From: Vicinamibacterales bacterium
GTDB taxonomy: Bacteria > Acidobacteriota > Vicinamibacteria > Vicinamibacterales > UBA8438
DNA: 64,000 nt
Assembly: GCA_963663815.1 (NCBI GenBank)
Contig: OY760734.1
Reading direction: 5' to 3' (one strand)
This document shows positions 18,060 to 28,356 of this stretch, one piece after another (the stretch's first letter is position 1; each line of letters starts with the position of its first letter). The position numbers and the translations under genes are program-made. The notes beneath the pieces are model-generated. The model had not been told where the DNA came from, made no database searches, and saw only the letters and a list, made by a program, of their open reading frames with translations.

Positions 18060-20641
18060 GGGATCGGTCTCGGTTGGTGGACGGCGGCCCCCGCCGCCGG
18101 CGGGAGGCCTGCGACCCGCGGGGCGCCCGCCGCGGGCGGAGCGGTTGCAACGGCGATGACGGTCGGAGCGGCCGCCACGGGCGGGACACCCGCGGCCGGC
18201 GAGGCCCCGGCCACGGCCGAGGCGACCGCCACGGCAGGGGCGGCCGGCCCGTTGGCGGCGACCGGCCCGGCGGGGGCGGGGCGCCGCATCTGGAACGGAG
18301 TGCTCCGGACGATGCCGAGGACGAGGTCGGAGAACCGGTAGCCGCCGGCCGCCGCGCCGCGCTCGACGGCGCGCACCGCGGGCCCGTCGTAGTGCTCGGT
18401 CGCGCGGCCCAGTGCATAGGTCATCAGCTTGTCGACGAGGGTGCGCACGAACTGGTCGGAGCGGTCGAGAATGGCCTGCCGCAGCCCCGCCGCCCCGTCG
18501 AAGACGGTCCCGTCCGGCAGCCCGCCCGACGCGTCGATGGGGGCGAGGCCCGCGGTCAGGGTGCGCCAGCGGCCGATGGCGTCGAAGTTCTCGAGCGACA
18601 GCCCCACCGGGTCCATCAGCGCATGGCAGGCGGCGCAGGTCGGATTGCGGCGGTGCTCCTCCATCCGCTCGCGCATCGAGAGGGCCGCGGCCGACTTCTC
18701 CTCGTCGAGCGGGGGCACGTTCGGGGGCGGGGGCGGGGGCGGGGTGCCGAGCAGGTTCTCGAGCACCCACTTGCCCCGCACCACCGGCGACGTGCGGGTC
18801 GCGTAGCCGGTCACGGCGAGGATGCTGCCGTGCCCCAAGAGGCCGCCACGCGGGCTGCCCGGCGGCAGCGGCACCCGCCGGAAGTGGCTCCCGGCAATGC
18901 CGGGCATGCCGTAGTGCCGGGCCAGGCGCTCGTTCACGAACGTGTAGTCGGCGGTGATGAAGTCGAGGACGCTGCGGTCCTCGCGCAGGACGCTCTCGAA
19001 GAAGAGCTCGGTCTCCTGGCGCAGGGCGCGGCGCAGAGTCTCGTCGAAGTCGGGGAAGACGATGAAGTCGGGCGAGACCGCGGGCAGGTTGCGCAGATAC
19101 AGCCACTGGGCCGCGAAGTTGGTGACCAGCGACGCCGACCGCTCGTCGGCGAGCATGCGCCGCACCTGGGCCTCCAGCACCGCGGGGTCACGGAGCGTCC
19201 CCTGGGCCGCCGCCTCGATCAGCTCGTCGTCGGGCAGGCTGCTCCAGAGGAAGAACGACAGCCGCGACGCCAGCTCCAGATCGTTGACGCGGTACGGCCC
19301 GACGGCCCCGGCGGGGTCGCGCTCGACCCGCAGCAGGAACTCGGGGCTCACGAGCAGCCGGCGCAGGGCCATCTCGATGCCCTGGTCGAAGCCGCCGTCG
19401 GCCCGCCCCTCGTCGAAGAACCCGAGCAGCAGATCGACGTCGTCGCCGGTGGCGGGCCGACGGTAGGCGCGGCGGGCCAGCGTCCCGAGGATCTCGGCCG
19501 CGCACGCCCGCTCGGCCGCCGGCTCGGCGTCCTCGGCCGGCCGGCAAGTAAAGATGCGGCGACGGCTCGGCGTGTCGCCGGGGCCCGTCGCCTCGAACGG
19601 CCCCGTCACCGTGACCGCATACACGTTGGGCTGCGTGCGCTGGTCGCCGCCGACGGTGATATGCACCTTCAGGAACGGCTGCCGGTGGCGCTCCACCAGC
19701 TCGCCGCCCTGGCTGACGAACGCGGCGCCGACGGTGTGGGGGCCGGCCGCGACCGGCACCCGCACGAACAGGTCGGCGTCGGCGGGCCGGTCGTCGGGCT
19801 GATAGAGGAGGCTCTGCGCGGCGGCAGGCCGCCGCGGCCGCGGCGCCACCGTCAGCACCTCGACCGGGGCGCCGTCGAGCAGGATCGCGACATCGTGTGG
19901 CCCGCGCAGGCCCCCGATGCGGTTGGTGTTCCAGCTCTTGCCCAGCTCGACCCGCAGCTCGTACTCGGCGTCGACCGGAAAGTTGTAGTCGAAGCTGGCC
20001 CCGCCGCGGGTGCCGAACGGCATCCCCTCGACGTGGCCGGTCTGGTTCAGGTCCGACGGCACGATGAACGTGTCGGCGACCGCCGACCGCACCGGGGCGC
20101 CGACGGCGAGGCGGGCGATCCTGCGCGCCGCCGCGAGGTAGCGCTCGAACCGTCCGGGGTCGAGCCCCCCCAGGCTGACGTTGTCGAAGCCGGCGCTCGA
20201 GTCGTCGGCGGGCAGCAGCGCCGCCACGTCGACGTCGAGGTCGAGCAGGTCGCGGATGGCGTTGCGGTACTCGGTGCCGTTGAGGCGCCTCAGCGCCGCG
20301 CTCCGCCCGGGGTCGGGGTCGGCGGCGGCGGCCCGGTCGAGCGCGGTTTCGAGATACGCAACGAGCCGGCCCGACGCCTCGCCGTCCGGCCGCGGCCGGC
20401 CCGCCGGCGGCATCATGCCCGCCCGCAGCTTGCCGACCACCTTCTCCCAGACGTCGGCGTGGTCACCGACCTGCGCGAGATCGAGGTTGTCGAGGGCCAG
20501 CCCTGCCGTCCGCAGGGCGTCGTTGTGGCACGTCACGCAGTAGCGGTCGAGCAACGCGCGCTCCGGCGTGTCGGACGGTTGGCCGGCGGCGGGCCACGCC
20601 ATCAACAGCACGAAGGCGACCGGTGCGGACAGAATTCTCAC
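18056..20641 (-). CDS. DUF1592/1588/1587/1585/1595 planctomycete-type cytochrome c protein
   Basis: 'YCVTCHN', 'MPP', 'RRLN..EYRNAIRDLL', 'ELASRLSFFLWSS.PD', 'RTSPVVRGKWV', 'CAACH'; ATGA overlap with DUF1552; Ala/Pro-rich C-terminal tail. Confidence 0.9.
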   Translation of the reverse strand: MRILSAPVAFVLLMAWPAAGQPSDTPERALLDRYCVTCHNDALRTAGLALDNLDLAQVGDHADVWEKVVGKLRAGMMPPAGRPRPDGEASGRLVAYLETALDRAAAADPDPGRSAALRRLNGTEYRNAIRDLLDLDVDVAALLPADDSSAGFDNVSLGGLDPGRFERYLAAARRIARLAVGAPVRSAVADTFIVPSDLNQTGHVEGMPFGTRGGASFDYNFPVDAEYELRVELGKSWNTNRIGGLRGPHDVAILLDGAPVEVLTVAPRPRRPAAAQSLLYQPDDRPADADLFVRVPVAAGPHTVGAAFVSQGGELVERHRQPFLKVHITVGGDQRTQPNVYAVTVTGPFEATGPGDTPSRRRIFTCRPAEDAEPAAERACAAEILGTLARRAYRRPATGDDVDLLLGFFDEGRADGGFDQGIEMALRRLLVSPEFLLRVERDPAGAVGPYRVNDLELASRLSFFLWSSLPDDELIEAAAQGTLRDPAVLEAQVRRMLADERSASLVTNFAAQWLYLRNLPAVSPDFIVFPDFDETLRRALRQETELFFESVLREDRSVLDFITADYTFVNERLARHYGMPGIAGSHFRRVPLPPGSPRGGLLGHGSILAVTGYATRTSPVVRGKWVLENLLGTPPPPPPPNVPPLDEEKSAAALSMRERMEEHRRNPTCAACHALMDPVGLSLENFDAIGRWRTLTAGLAPIDASGGLPDGTVFDGAAGLRQAILDRSDQFVRTLVDKLMTYALGRATEHYDGPAVRAVERGAAAGGYRFSDLVLGIVRSTPFQMRRPAPAGPVAANGPAAPAVAVASAVAGASPAAGVPPVAAAPTVIAVATAPPAAGAPRVAGLPPAAGAAVHQPRPIP

Positions 20642-20825
20642 GAACGCCCTCCCCTGGCCCGCGGCAACCGGGGCAGTCTATCACCCTCGGAGCCGGGTCG
20701 CCGCTCCGAGGATGCGGCCACGCGGTCCGGAGCGCCGGTCGGATGAGCACGCACGCGTGGAGCGTCGGCTCCTGCGCCACTCCGGGGCGGGCAACCCGCC
20801 GGTCGACGCCTCGCGGATCGAGAGG

Positions 20826-21242
20826 CTACCGCCCCCGGGCGGAGAGCCCGGCAACGGCCTCGGCAACCAGCCGGATCTCGTGCCGCAGGTCCTCGGCGAC
20901 CACGTCGAAATGAGTGCGCAGCTCGGTGCGCGTGCGCTCCTCCGATGCCTCGATCGATTCGGAAACGTGCGTGCGCGTGCGCTCCTCCGATGCCTCGATC
21001 GACTCGGAAACGTGCGTGCGCATGCGCTGCTCCGATGCCTCGATCGACTCGGAAACGTGCGTGCGCATGCGCTGCTCCGATGCCTCGATCGACTCGGAAA
21101 CGTGCGTGCGCATGCGCTGCTCCGATCTGCTGATCGCCGTCTTCAGATCGTCCCTGGTCGCCAAGGTCGGCAGAATCTGCTCGATCCGATCGACGCGACG
21201 TTCGACCTTCTCCACTCGCTGTTCCATCTGCCCGGTGCGCAT
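20826..21242 (-). CDS. Coiled-coil hypothetical protein with 15-aa tandem repeats
   Basis: 'MRTGQMEQRVEKVERRV...LATRDDLK' followed by repeats of 'SEQRMRTHVSESIEA'. Confidence 0.7.
   Translation of the reverse strand: MRTGQMEQRVEKVERRVDRIEQILPTLATRDDLKTAISRSEQRMRTHVSESIEASEQRMRTHVSESIEASEQRMRTHVSESIEASEERTRTHVSESIEASEERTRTELRTHFDVVAEDLRHEIRLVAEAVAGLSARGR
20926..21126. repeat. 45-bp tandem repeat (~4.5 units), in frame
   Basis: GTGCGCATGCGCTGCTCCGATGCCTCGATCGACTCGGAAACGTGC repeated without spacers. Confidence 0.9.
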
Positions 21243-21406
21243 CGTCCCCTCTGCTCCCCGACGGCGCGGTGCGTCGCGGGACCGCCACGTGCCCGCGGCC
21301 ATCGTAGCACCGATCGAAAGCAAGGGTCGTGCCGGTGCCGACGCGCGCCCACGGGCCGGCCGGTCGCAATCGCGGTAGGATAGGCGCATCGTTCAAGGAG
21401 CACGCC

Positions 21407-22888
21407 ATGCCTCTTCCGTCCCGAGCTCGACGCCCCGGTCCGGCCGCATCCGGTCCCTTCGCCACCGCCTGCCTTCTCGCCTGCCTGCTGACGGCAGGGA
21501 CGGCCGCCGGCGCCGCGGCCGATCCGCCGCTGCTGGACGCGGTCAGGAACGGAGACGCCGCCGCGATGCGGGCGCTGCTCGCGGACGGCGCCGACGTGAA
21601 CCGGCCGGCGGCGGACGGCGCGACGGCGCTGCACTGGGCGGCGCGGCTCGACCTTCCGGGCGTGGCGCGCATCCTGCTCGCGGCCGGCGCCGACGCCGAG
21701 GCCGCCAACGCGTTCGGGGTCACCCCCCTCGGCCTCGCCGCCGTCAGCGGCTCGGCCGCGATGCTGGACACGTTGCTGCGGGCTGGCGCCGACCCCAACA
21801 CCCCCGGGGCCGGCGGCGAGACCGCCCTGCTGACGACGGCTCGGGCAGGGCGGGCCGATGGCGTGCGCACCCTCGTCGCCCACGGCGCCGACGTGAACGC
21901 GGCTCAGCGGGCCGGTCAGACCGCCCTGATGTGGGCGGCGGCGGAGGGTCACGTCGAGACCTTGCAGGCCCTCATCGACGCGGGGGCGGACGTCCACGCG
22001 CGCACGGTTGTCCCGGAGGTGCCCCTCCGCACCGGTCTCGAAGGCCCCGCCCCCCACGGCTTCACGCCCCTGCTCTTCGCGGTGCGGGCCGGCCATATCG
22101 GCGCCGCACGCCGGCTCATCGCGGCCGGCGCCGACCCCGACGACCGGCTGCCCGACGGCATGAACACCGTGGTGCTGGCCGCGACCAACGCCCACTGGGA
22201 GCTGGGGGTGCTCCTCGTCGAACTCGGCGCCGACCCCAACGGAGCGAGGCAGGGATGGACCGCCCTGCACGCGATGACCTGGGTGCGGATGCCGAACTTC
22301 GGCTTCAATCCGCCGGGCCCGGTGACCACCGGCACCATCGACAGCCTGACCTTCGCCCGAGCCCTCGTCGAGCGCGGAGCCGACGTCGACGCCCGCATGA
22401 CGGCGGAGCCGCGCAACGGCTACCGCAACGCCCTCAACCGCGTCGGGGCCACCCCCCTGCTGATGGCGGCCCGGCTCGCCGACGCGCCCCTCATGCGCGT
22501 GCTCGTCGAGCTGGGGGCCGACCCGACGCTGACCAACGAGAACGGCACCACCGTGCTCATGGTCGCCTCGGGCGTCGGCATCCACTCGCCGGGCGAGGAC
22601 CCCGGCACCGAGGCCGAGGCCCTGGCCTGCGTCGAGCTCGCCCTCGAGCTCGGCGGCGACCCCAACGCCGTCGACGAGCGCGGAGAGACCCCTCTCCACG
22701 GGGCCGCCTACCGGGGCGCGAACTCCATCGTCGACCTGCTCGTCGCCCACGGCGCCGACACGTTCGACCAGGAGAACGTCGAGGGCTGGACCCCCCTGCG
22801 CATCGCCCGGGGCGTCTTCCGCACCGCCACCTTCAAGGAGGCCCCGCACACGGCGGCCCGGCTCGGCGAGCTGATGGCGGCGCGGTAG
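21407..22888 (+). CDS. Secreted ankyrin-repeat protein
   Basis: Multiple 'G.TALHWAA/TPL..AA...GAD.N' repeats; signal peptide; AAGGAG RBS. Confidence 0.9.
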   Translation: MPLPSRARRPGPAASGPFATACLLACLLTAGTAAGAAADPPLLDAVRNGDAAAMRALLADGADVNRPAADGATALHWAARLDLPGVARILLAAGADAEAANAFGVTPLGLAAVSGSAAMLDTLLRAGADPNTPGAGGETALLTTARAGRADGVRTLVAHGADVNAAQRAGQTALMWAAAEGHVETLQALIDAGADVHARTVVPEVPLRTGLEGPAPHGFTPLLFAVRAGHIGAARRLIAAGADPDDRLPDGMNTVVLAATNAHWELGVLLVELGADPNGARQGWTALHAMTWVRMPNFGFNPPGPVTTGTIDSLTFARALVERGADVDARMTAEPRNGYRNALNRVGATPLLMAARLADAPLMRVLVELGADPTLTNENGTTVLMVASGVGIHSPGEDPGTEAEALACVELALELGGDPNAVDERGETPLHGAAYRGANSIVDLLVAHGADTFDQENVEGWTPLRIARGVFRTATFKEAPHTAARLGELMAAR

Positions 22889-22948
22889 CCGTAGGTCTGC
22901 CGCACACGACCCGTCCGTCACACACACCTGACGTCGACGACCAGCGCA

Positions 22949-23224
22949 ATGTTGGAGTGGCTCTTCTACATCCTCGCAGTTTTCCTGTGGATCTACGGAT
23001 CAACGCGGAAACGGAGGTCGGCGGAGGATCTGGCGCTCCGCAAGTGGTTGGAAAGGGTCGAGGCCCGCAAACTACGACAGGACCGATGGCCGAGCCTCTG
23101 TGCCTCTGGCACTCACAGCTTCGAGGAAGGCTGGTGTGTCAAGTGCGGCATCTACCGCGAAGAGATCGACGGTGTTCAGCGAAGGCTGATGGACGATTGG
23201 GTGTGGGTTCCTAACGGGCCGTGA
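22949..23224 (+). CDS. Small hypothetical protein (N-terminal TM helix, C-x4-H...CxxC)
   Basis: 91-aa ORF of lower GC, 'LEWLFYILAVFLWIYG', 'LCASGTHSFEEGWCVKCG'. Confidence 0.5.
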   Translation: MLEWLFYILAVFLWIYGSTRKRRSAEDLALRKWLERVEARKLRQDRWPSLCASGTHSFEEGWCVKCGIYREEIDGVQRRLMDDWVWVPNGP

Positions 23225-24722
23225 CGGTGGCTCCCGGGCCGCCGCCGGTATCGAGCGCCCCAAGCTCGGCGAGCAGCACCGCGGTGACGCCCGAGGCCAG
23301 CCCCAGGGGGGTCTGCCCGTTCCCGTTCCGCGCGTCGAGGGCCGCGCCGCGCTCGGCGAGGAGGGCGACGACATCGTCGAGCCCCCGCGACGCGGCGATG
23401 TGCAGAGCGGTGTCGCCGTTCCCGTTCCGGGCGTCCGCGTCGGCGCCGGCGTCGAGGGCGGCGGTCACGGACTCGAGGGCGCGGCGGGCCTCTTCCTCCG
23501 CATCCGGAGGCGCGATGCCGAAGCGGCCCCGGTTCGAGCCCCCTCGAATCGCGGCCATGAGCGCGGTCTCGCCGCCGAGCTGGTGCGACGGGTCGGCGCC
23601 GTACTCGGCGAGGACGTGAAGGATCTCAGGCTCGCGGAACCGGGCCGCGACCCAGAGCGGCGTCGCCCCGATCATGCTGTGGGGCAGCCGCCAGTCGGCG
23701 CTGACGCGGCGGGCCGGAGTGCCGCGCTCGAGGACCGCGTCGGGGTCGGCACCGTGGGCGAGCAAAGCGCGGACGAGGAGCGGGTCGCCGCGCAGCACCA
23801 CCGCGTGAAGGGCGGCATAGCCGGCGTCCGCCGCGCCGGGGTCGGCGCCGGCCGAGAGGAGGAACGCGGCGAGGGCGCCGTGGCCGCTGTGGGCGGCCAC
23901 CACCAGCGGGCTCGTTCCGCTCGCGGCGGCGGCGTCCACGTCGGCCCCGGCCACGACGAGGAGCCGGGCCGATGCGGCATCGCCTCGGCGCGCCGCGAAC
24001 AGCAGCGGCGTGTAGCCACCCTGCATGACCTCGAAGACCCCGCTGCGATCGGCATTGCCGGACGAGCTCACCACCTGCGGGTAGGCCTTCGAGCGGTCGT
24101 CTACCCGGGCCCCGGAAGCCAGCAGCAGCCGCACGACCTCGGGATGCCCCTGGGCCGCCGCCCACATCAGCGCGGTCTGCCCGTGAGCGTGCTCTCTGGC
24201 GTGGGGATCGGCGCGGTGGGCGAGCAGCGCCCGCACCGCCGCCGCGCTGCCGGTGCGGGACGCGGTCATCAGCGGCGTCTCGCCCGCCGGCAGGGCCCGG
24301 TTCGGGTCGGCCCCCGCCGCAAGCAGCGCATCGACCGCGGCCGGGCTGCCGTTGTTGGCGGCCAGCCACAGCGGCGTCACCCCCAGCGCGTTCGCGGGGC
24401 CGACGGCGGCGCCGGACGCCAGCAGAAGCCGCACCGTCTCCACGTCATCCCAGTACGCGGCCCAGTGCAGGGCCGTCGCGCCGTCGCCCCGCGGGCGGTC
24501 GACGTCGGCGCCCTCCTGGAGTAGATCCCGTAGCGCCGCACGGTCCTGTTGCCTTGCCGCGTCGGCGAGGGGGCTCTCACCGGTCTGGCCGCGGGCCGGG
24601 GTCGCCCCGGCGAACGCCAGTGCCAGAGCCCAGACGGCAAACCACGGGCAAAGGCCCCGGGCGGTACAGGCGCGGGGCTCGCGAACGACGACCGGCGCGG
24701 TCGAAACGGTTACTGCCTGCAT
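23211..24722 (-). CDS. Secreted ankyrin-repeat protein
   Basis: 'DGATALHWAAYWDD', 'GVTPLWLAA', 'GQTALMWAAAQGH', 'GGYTPLLFAAR', 'GDTALHIAA'. Confidence 0.9.
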   Translation of the reverse strand: MQAVTVSTAPVVVREPRACTARGLCPWFAVWALALAFAGATPARGQTGESPLADAARQQDRAALRDLLQEGADVDRPRGDGATALHWAAYWDDVETVRLLLASGAAVGPANALGVTPLWLAANNGSPAAVDALLAAGADPNRALPAGETPLMTASRTGSAAAVRALLAHRADPHAREHAHGQTALMWAAAQGHPEVVRLLLASGARVDDRSKAYPQVVSSSGNADRSGVFEVMQGGYTPLLFAARRGDAASARLLVVAGADVDAAAASGTSPLVVAAHSGHGALAAFLLSAGADPGAADAGYAALHAVVLRGDPLLVRALLAHGADPDAVLERGTPARRVSADWRLPHSMIGATPLWVAARFREPEILHVLAEYGADPSHQLGGETALMAAIRGGSNRGRFGIAPPDAEEEARRALESVTAALDAGADADARNGNGDTALHIAASRGLDDVVALLAERGAALDARNGNGQTPLGLASGVTAVLLAELGALDTGGGPGATVTAR

Positions 24723-25094
24723 CGCGCCATGCTACCGTGGCCCCCCTTTGCTTGACAACGCCCCACCGGCGGCGTCGCATCGGATCGCGCTGCGCCCGCA
24801 CGTCGACCACCGAGCTTCGACCGCTGCCGATCGCGATCCTCGCCGACTCGCGTTGCGCACCGCGACCACACCACACGGCGCCGTGGATGCGCCCGCCACG
24901 GCGCGTCTGATAGAGCCGGTGCCGCATCTCCGTGGCGTCGTCTTAATACTCTCCGTCGTCGTTGCGCATCGCGTGCGACCATTCAGTCTACTGAGCGGAG
25001 CTGTACGGTCGCGTGGCGTTGCCACGTCGAGGAGATCCGCCGGGGCGACGCCGGGGTCAGTCCGGCCCGGCGGGTTCGGCGCTGCTCTGCCTCC

Positions 25095-26483
25095 CTACCA
25101 CTCCATGCGGGGCAGGACGTCCTGCTGGAGACGGAACATCTCGTCGATGGTGTGGACCGCCGCCCGGTACGAGTGGGTGGTGGGGTCGAGCAGCAGCGCC
25201 TGGAGCAGGGTGAGGCGGCTGCCGCTCGCGAACGCGTCGACCAGCAGCCGGTTGATGCTGGTCTGCGTCCTCAGCAGCCCGAGGATGCCCTCCGGGAGCG
25301 GCGCCATGCCGGCGGGGTGCAGGCCGCTCGCGTCGGCACGGGCGGGGACTTCGACGACGGCGCCCTCGGGCAGGCCGGGCACGTACCCGGCGTTCGGCAC
25401 GTTGACCGCGGCGAGGGGGGTGTCGATGCCGCACAGCACCCCTTCGAGCAGGGGAACCCCCAGCTCGCCGGAGGGCGCGAGCTCCCCGTCCGGGTCGGAC
25501 CCCTCCGCGTCGTTCCCCGCGTTGTCTCGCAGCCGGCCGAGCGGCGCGCCGGGGAACGCGGGCACGTCCGTGGGGTGGTCCGCGAGGTTGTAGATCCAGG
25601 TCGGCGTTTTCCCCGTCTCCCAGGGCGCACCCTCCACGGGGTCGTAGAAGAACTGGAGGAGGCTGCTGCCCAGGAACTCCTGCGCCCACCCCAGGTACTC
25701 GCCGATGTGATTCGCGCCCGGGCTCGGATAGCGGTCGAACACCCGGAACAGGATGCGGCTCAGCGCGATCTCGTCCCAGTCGTGCAGCCAGTGGGCCTCG
25801 CGCTCGCGGCGCTTGAGCCTCGGGTAGAGGTCTTCGCCGGTTTCCCGGTCGCGCACGGACTCGAACCAGGCGAAGTGGTTGAGCCCGCTCGCACGGGCGT
25901 CGAGCCTGTCCGCCGGAAGGTCGAGGAGGTGGGCCATCTGCTCCATGCCGTCGAAGACGCCGTGGCAGAGTCCGACGACGCGCGTCGAAGAGAGCCGGCT
26001 CTGGGCCTCGCACAGCTTGGTGAGCGGGTTGGTGTAGTTGAGGAGCCAGGCTTCGGGGCAGTGCGCCTCCATCGCCCGCGCCACCTCCAGGGCCGGCTTC
26101 ATGTTGCGGAGCGCGTGGAAGAGGCCTCCCGGACCGCCGTTCTCTCCGTAGATCTGCCGCGACCCGAACTTGCGGGGGACGTGGAAGTCCTGCGCCCAGT
26201 GGAAGTAGCGGCGGAGCTCGATGGCCATCACCACCGCGTGGGCGCCGGGGAGCGCCCCGTCGAGATCGGTGGTGGCGGAAACCTGGACTCGCCGGCCGAG
26301 CCGATTCGCGACCGATTCCGCGTACGCCAGGGTGCGGGGCAGCTCCGACGGAGCGACATCGACGAGGACGATGCTCAGACCGCGGTCGCAGAGCGCATCG
26401 CTGAGAAGCAGGTCGCGGATCGAGGCGGCCCCGAACTCGCGGCTGCCCGCCCCGACGAGGACGATCTTGAAGCGGTCCTTCAT
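25095..26483 (-). CDS. Glycoside hydrolase family 4 (NAD-dependent alpha-galactosidase-like)
   Basis: 'GAGS', 'GENGGPGG', 'LNYTNP', 'GLCHG', 'GLNHF.W', 'ALLLDP'. Confidence 0.9.
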   Translation of the reverse strand: MKDRFKIVLVGAGSREFGAASIRDLLLSDALCDRGLSIVLVDVAPSELPRTLAYAESVANRLGRRVQVSATTDLDGALPGAHAVVMAIELRRYFHWAQDFHVPRKFGSRQIYGENGGPGGLFHALRNMKPALEVARAMEAHCPEAWLLNYTNPLTKLCEAQSRLSSTRVVGLCHGVFDGMEQMAHLLDLPADRLDARASGLNHFAWFESVRDRETGEDLYPRLKRREREAHWLHDWDEIALSRILFRVFDRYPSPGANHIGEYLGWAQEFLGSSLLQFFYDPVEGAPWETGKTPTWIYNLADHPTDVPAFPGAPLGRLRDNAGNDAEGSDPDGELAPSGELGVPLLEGVLCGIDTPLAAVNVPNAGYVPGLPEGAVVEVPARADASGLHPAGMAPLPEGILGLLRTQTSINRLLVDAFASGSRLTLLQALLLDPTTHSYRAAVHTIDEMFRLQQDVLPRMEW

Positions 26484-26499
26484 GACGCCATCCTCCGGT

Positions 26500-28302
26500 T
26501 CATCGAGCCGGTGGTCCCGGCGCCGAGGCCGTGTCGGCGTGCGCGATCCGTATGGTCATCGCCCCCGCGCCGAGGGACACCGCGAGCAGCAGCGCGCCCA
26601 CGCCGGCCCGGCCGGTGAGCACGTACCCCACCCCGAGGAGGCTCGCGTAGACGAACAGCGCGCCGAGCAGGAAGCCGGGCCACATGCGGCTCGCCGGCGG
26701 GTCGGCCGAGGTCGCCCCCGTGCGATCGGCCACGCGGCCCCACCAACCGCCGGGGTGCACCCGCCGGTAGAAGCGGTCGAGCACGTCGTCGGCCTCGGGG
26801 CGCGTGGCGAGCGCGACGGCCAGCCACAGCGCGGTGCAGGCGACCAGGATGATCACCGCGCGGACGAGGTCCATCTCCGGTGCATAGAAGCCGTCGGCGG
26901 CGCGCATCACCGAGGCGGGAACGACCGGCTCGATCGCGGCGAGCAGGACCCTCCCGTTGGCGAGAAGCACCGAGCCGGCCATGGCCGCGATCTCCGCCCA
27001 CGCGTTGACCCGCCACCAGTACCAGCGGAGCAGCCAGACGAGGGCCACCCCCGCCGTGAGCTCGATGATGTAGATCCAGCCCCGCTGGATCGAGTCCATC
27101 TGCCAGGCGACGGCCGCCGCGACCGCGGCCAGCAGCACGACCGCGACCCGGGAGGCCGCGACGTAGTGCCGCTCCGAGCGGTCCCTTCTCAGGAAGCGGC
27201 GATAGACGTCGTTCACCATGTACGACGCCCCCCAGCAGAGGTGCGTGTCCATGGTGCTCATGAACGCGGCGAGGAACGTGGCGACCATCAGCCCCCGGAG
27301 CCCGGCCGGCATGAGGTCCCGGATCATCATGGGATAGGCGAGCTCGGGGTCGGCGGCCAGCGCCGGGTCCATGGCCGTGGGGGGGAAGACGAGGAGCGAG
27401 CCCAGTCCCACCACGATCCACGGCCAGGTGAGGAGCACGGTTCCGGCGAAGGCGAACCAGAGCGACGCCTTCACGGCCTGCCGCTCGTCGCGCGTCGCGA
27501 ACAGGCGCTGGGCCACGTAGCCGTCTCCCTGCCCGCTTCTCAGCCACAGAATCAGAATGAGGCAGAGGAAGGAGACGATCTCGAGCGAGGAGGCGTTGGC
27601 GGCGCCGGGCACGAGGTCGAGGGCGCCCGGCGGCGCCCCGGGGGCTTCCCTGACGGCGTCGGCCATGGCCGAGGGCCCCCCGAAACGGACGAGCACGATG
27701 CCGGCGAGCGTCGTCGCGCCCAGCATGCCGGTCACGAACTGGAGGAGGTCGGTCACCACCACGCCCCAGAGTCCCGACGCCACGGTGTAGGCCAGCGCCA
27801 GACCGACGCAGACGGTGAGGGTGACGGCCGGGTCCCAGCCCAGCAGGACACCGCTGAACTTCACCATCGCCAGCATGACCCAGCCCATGACGACCGCATT
27901 CTTCAGCAGCCCCTGGTACACCGCGGAGAAGCAGCGCAGCGCCCGCGCGGGCGCGCCCCCGTAGCGGATCTCGATGACCTCTGCATCGGTGAGCACGCCC
28001 GCCCGCCGCCACAGGCGCGCGTAGAAGAAGGTGAGCATGAGGATGCCCGCCGCCTCGTACCACCACAGCCAGTTGCCGTACACACCCTGTCTGCGCACGA
28101 GCGCGGCGGTGGCGAGGGGGGCGTCGGTCGCGAACCAGGTGGCCGCCATGGAGGTGCCGGCCAGCCACCAGGGCAGCGAGCGGCCGGCGACGAAGTAGTC
28201 CTCGACGCTGGCGCCGGCGCGCCGGGCGAGTCCGAACCCGATCGAGAGAACGACGGCTCCATAGACGCCGACCACGATCCAGTCGAGCGGCGTCAGCGCC
28301 AT
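26500..28302 (-). CDS. Sodium:solute symporter family protein
   Basis: 'DYFVAGRSLPWWLAGTSM.AT', 'GL.GVVVTD..QF', 'AAFMST', many TM helices. Confidence 0.92.
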   Translation of the reverse strand: MALTPLDWIVVGVYGAVVLSIGFGLARRAGASVEDYFVAGRSLPWWLAGTSMAATWFATDAPLATAALVRRQGVYGNWLWWYEAAGILMLTFFYARLWRRAGVLTDAEVIEIRYGGAPARALRCFSAVYQGLLKNAVVMGWVMLAMVKFSGVLLGWDPAVTLTVCVGLALAYTVASGLWGVVVTDLLQFVTGMLGATTLAGIVLVRFGGPSAMADAVREAPGAPPGALDLVPGAANASSLEIVSFLCLILILWLRSGQGDGYVAQRLFATRDERQAVKASLWFAFAGTVLLTWPWIVVGLGSLLVFPPTAMDPALAADPELAYPMMIRDLMPAGLRGLMVATFLAAFMSTMDTHLCWGASYMVNDVYRRFLRRDRSERHYVAASRVAVVLLAAVAAAVAWQMDSIQRGWIYIIELTAGVALVWLLRWYWWRVNAWAEIAAMAGSVLLANGRVLLAAIEPVVPASVMRAADGFYAPEMDLVRAVIILVACTALWLAVALATRPEADDVLDRFYRRVHPGGWWGRVADRTGATSADPPASRMWPGFLLGALFVYASLLGVGYVLTGRAGVGALLLAVSLGAGAMTIRIAHADTASAPGPPAR

Positions 28303-28356
28303 GTGCGCACCCGGGTCGTTCGTGCGGGAATGGTGACGGTTTCCTTCACTGGGAAA

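Noticed and set aside
20926-21126. Possible CRISPR array
   Set aside because: Repeats are contiguous 45-bp in-frame units without unique spacers, and there are no cas genes
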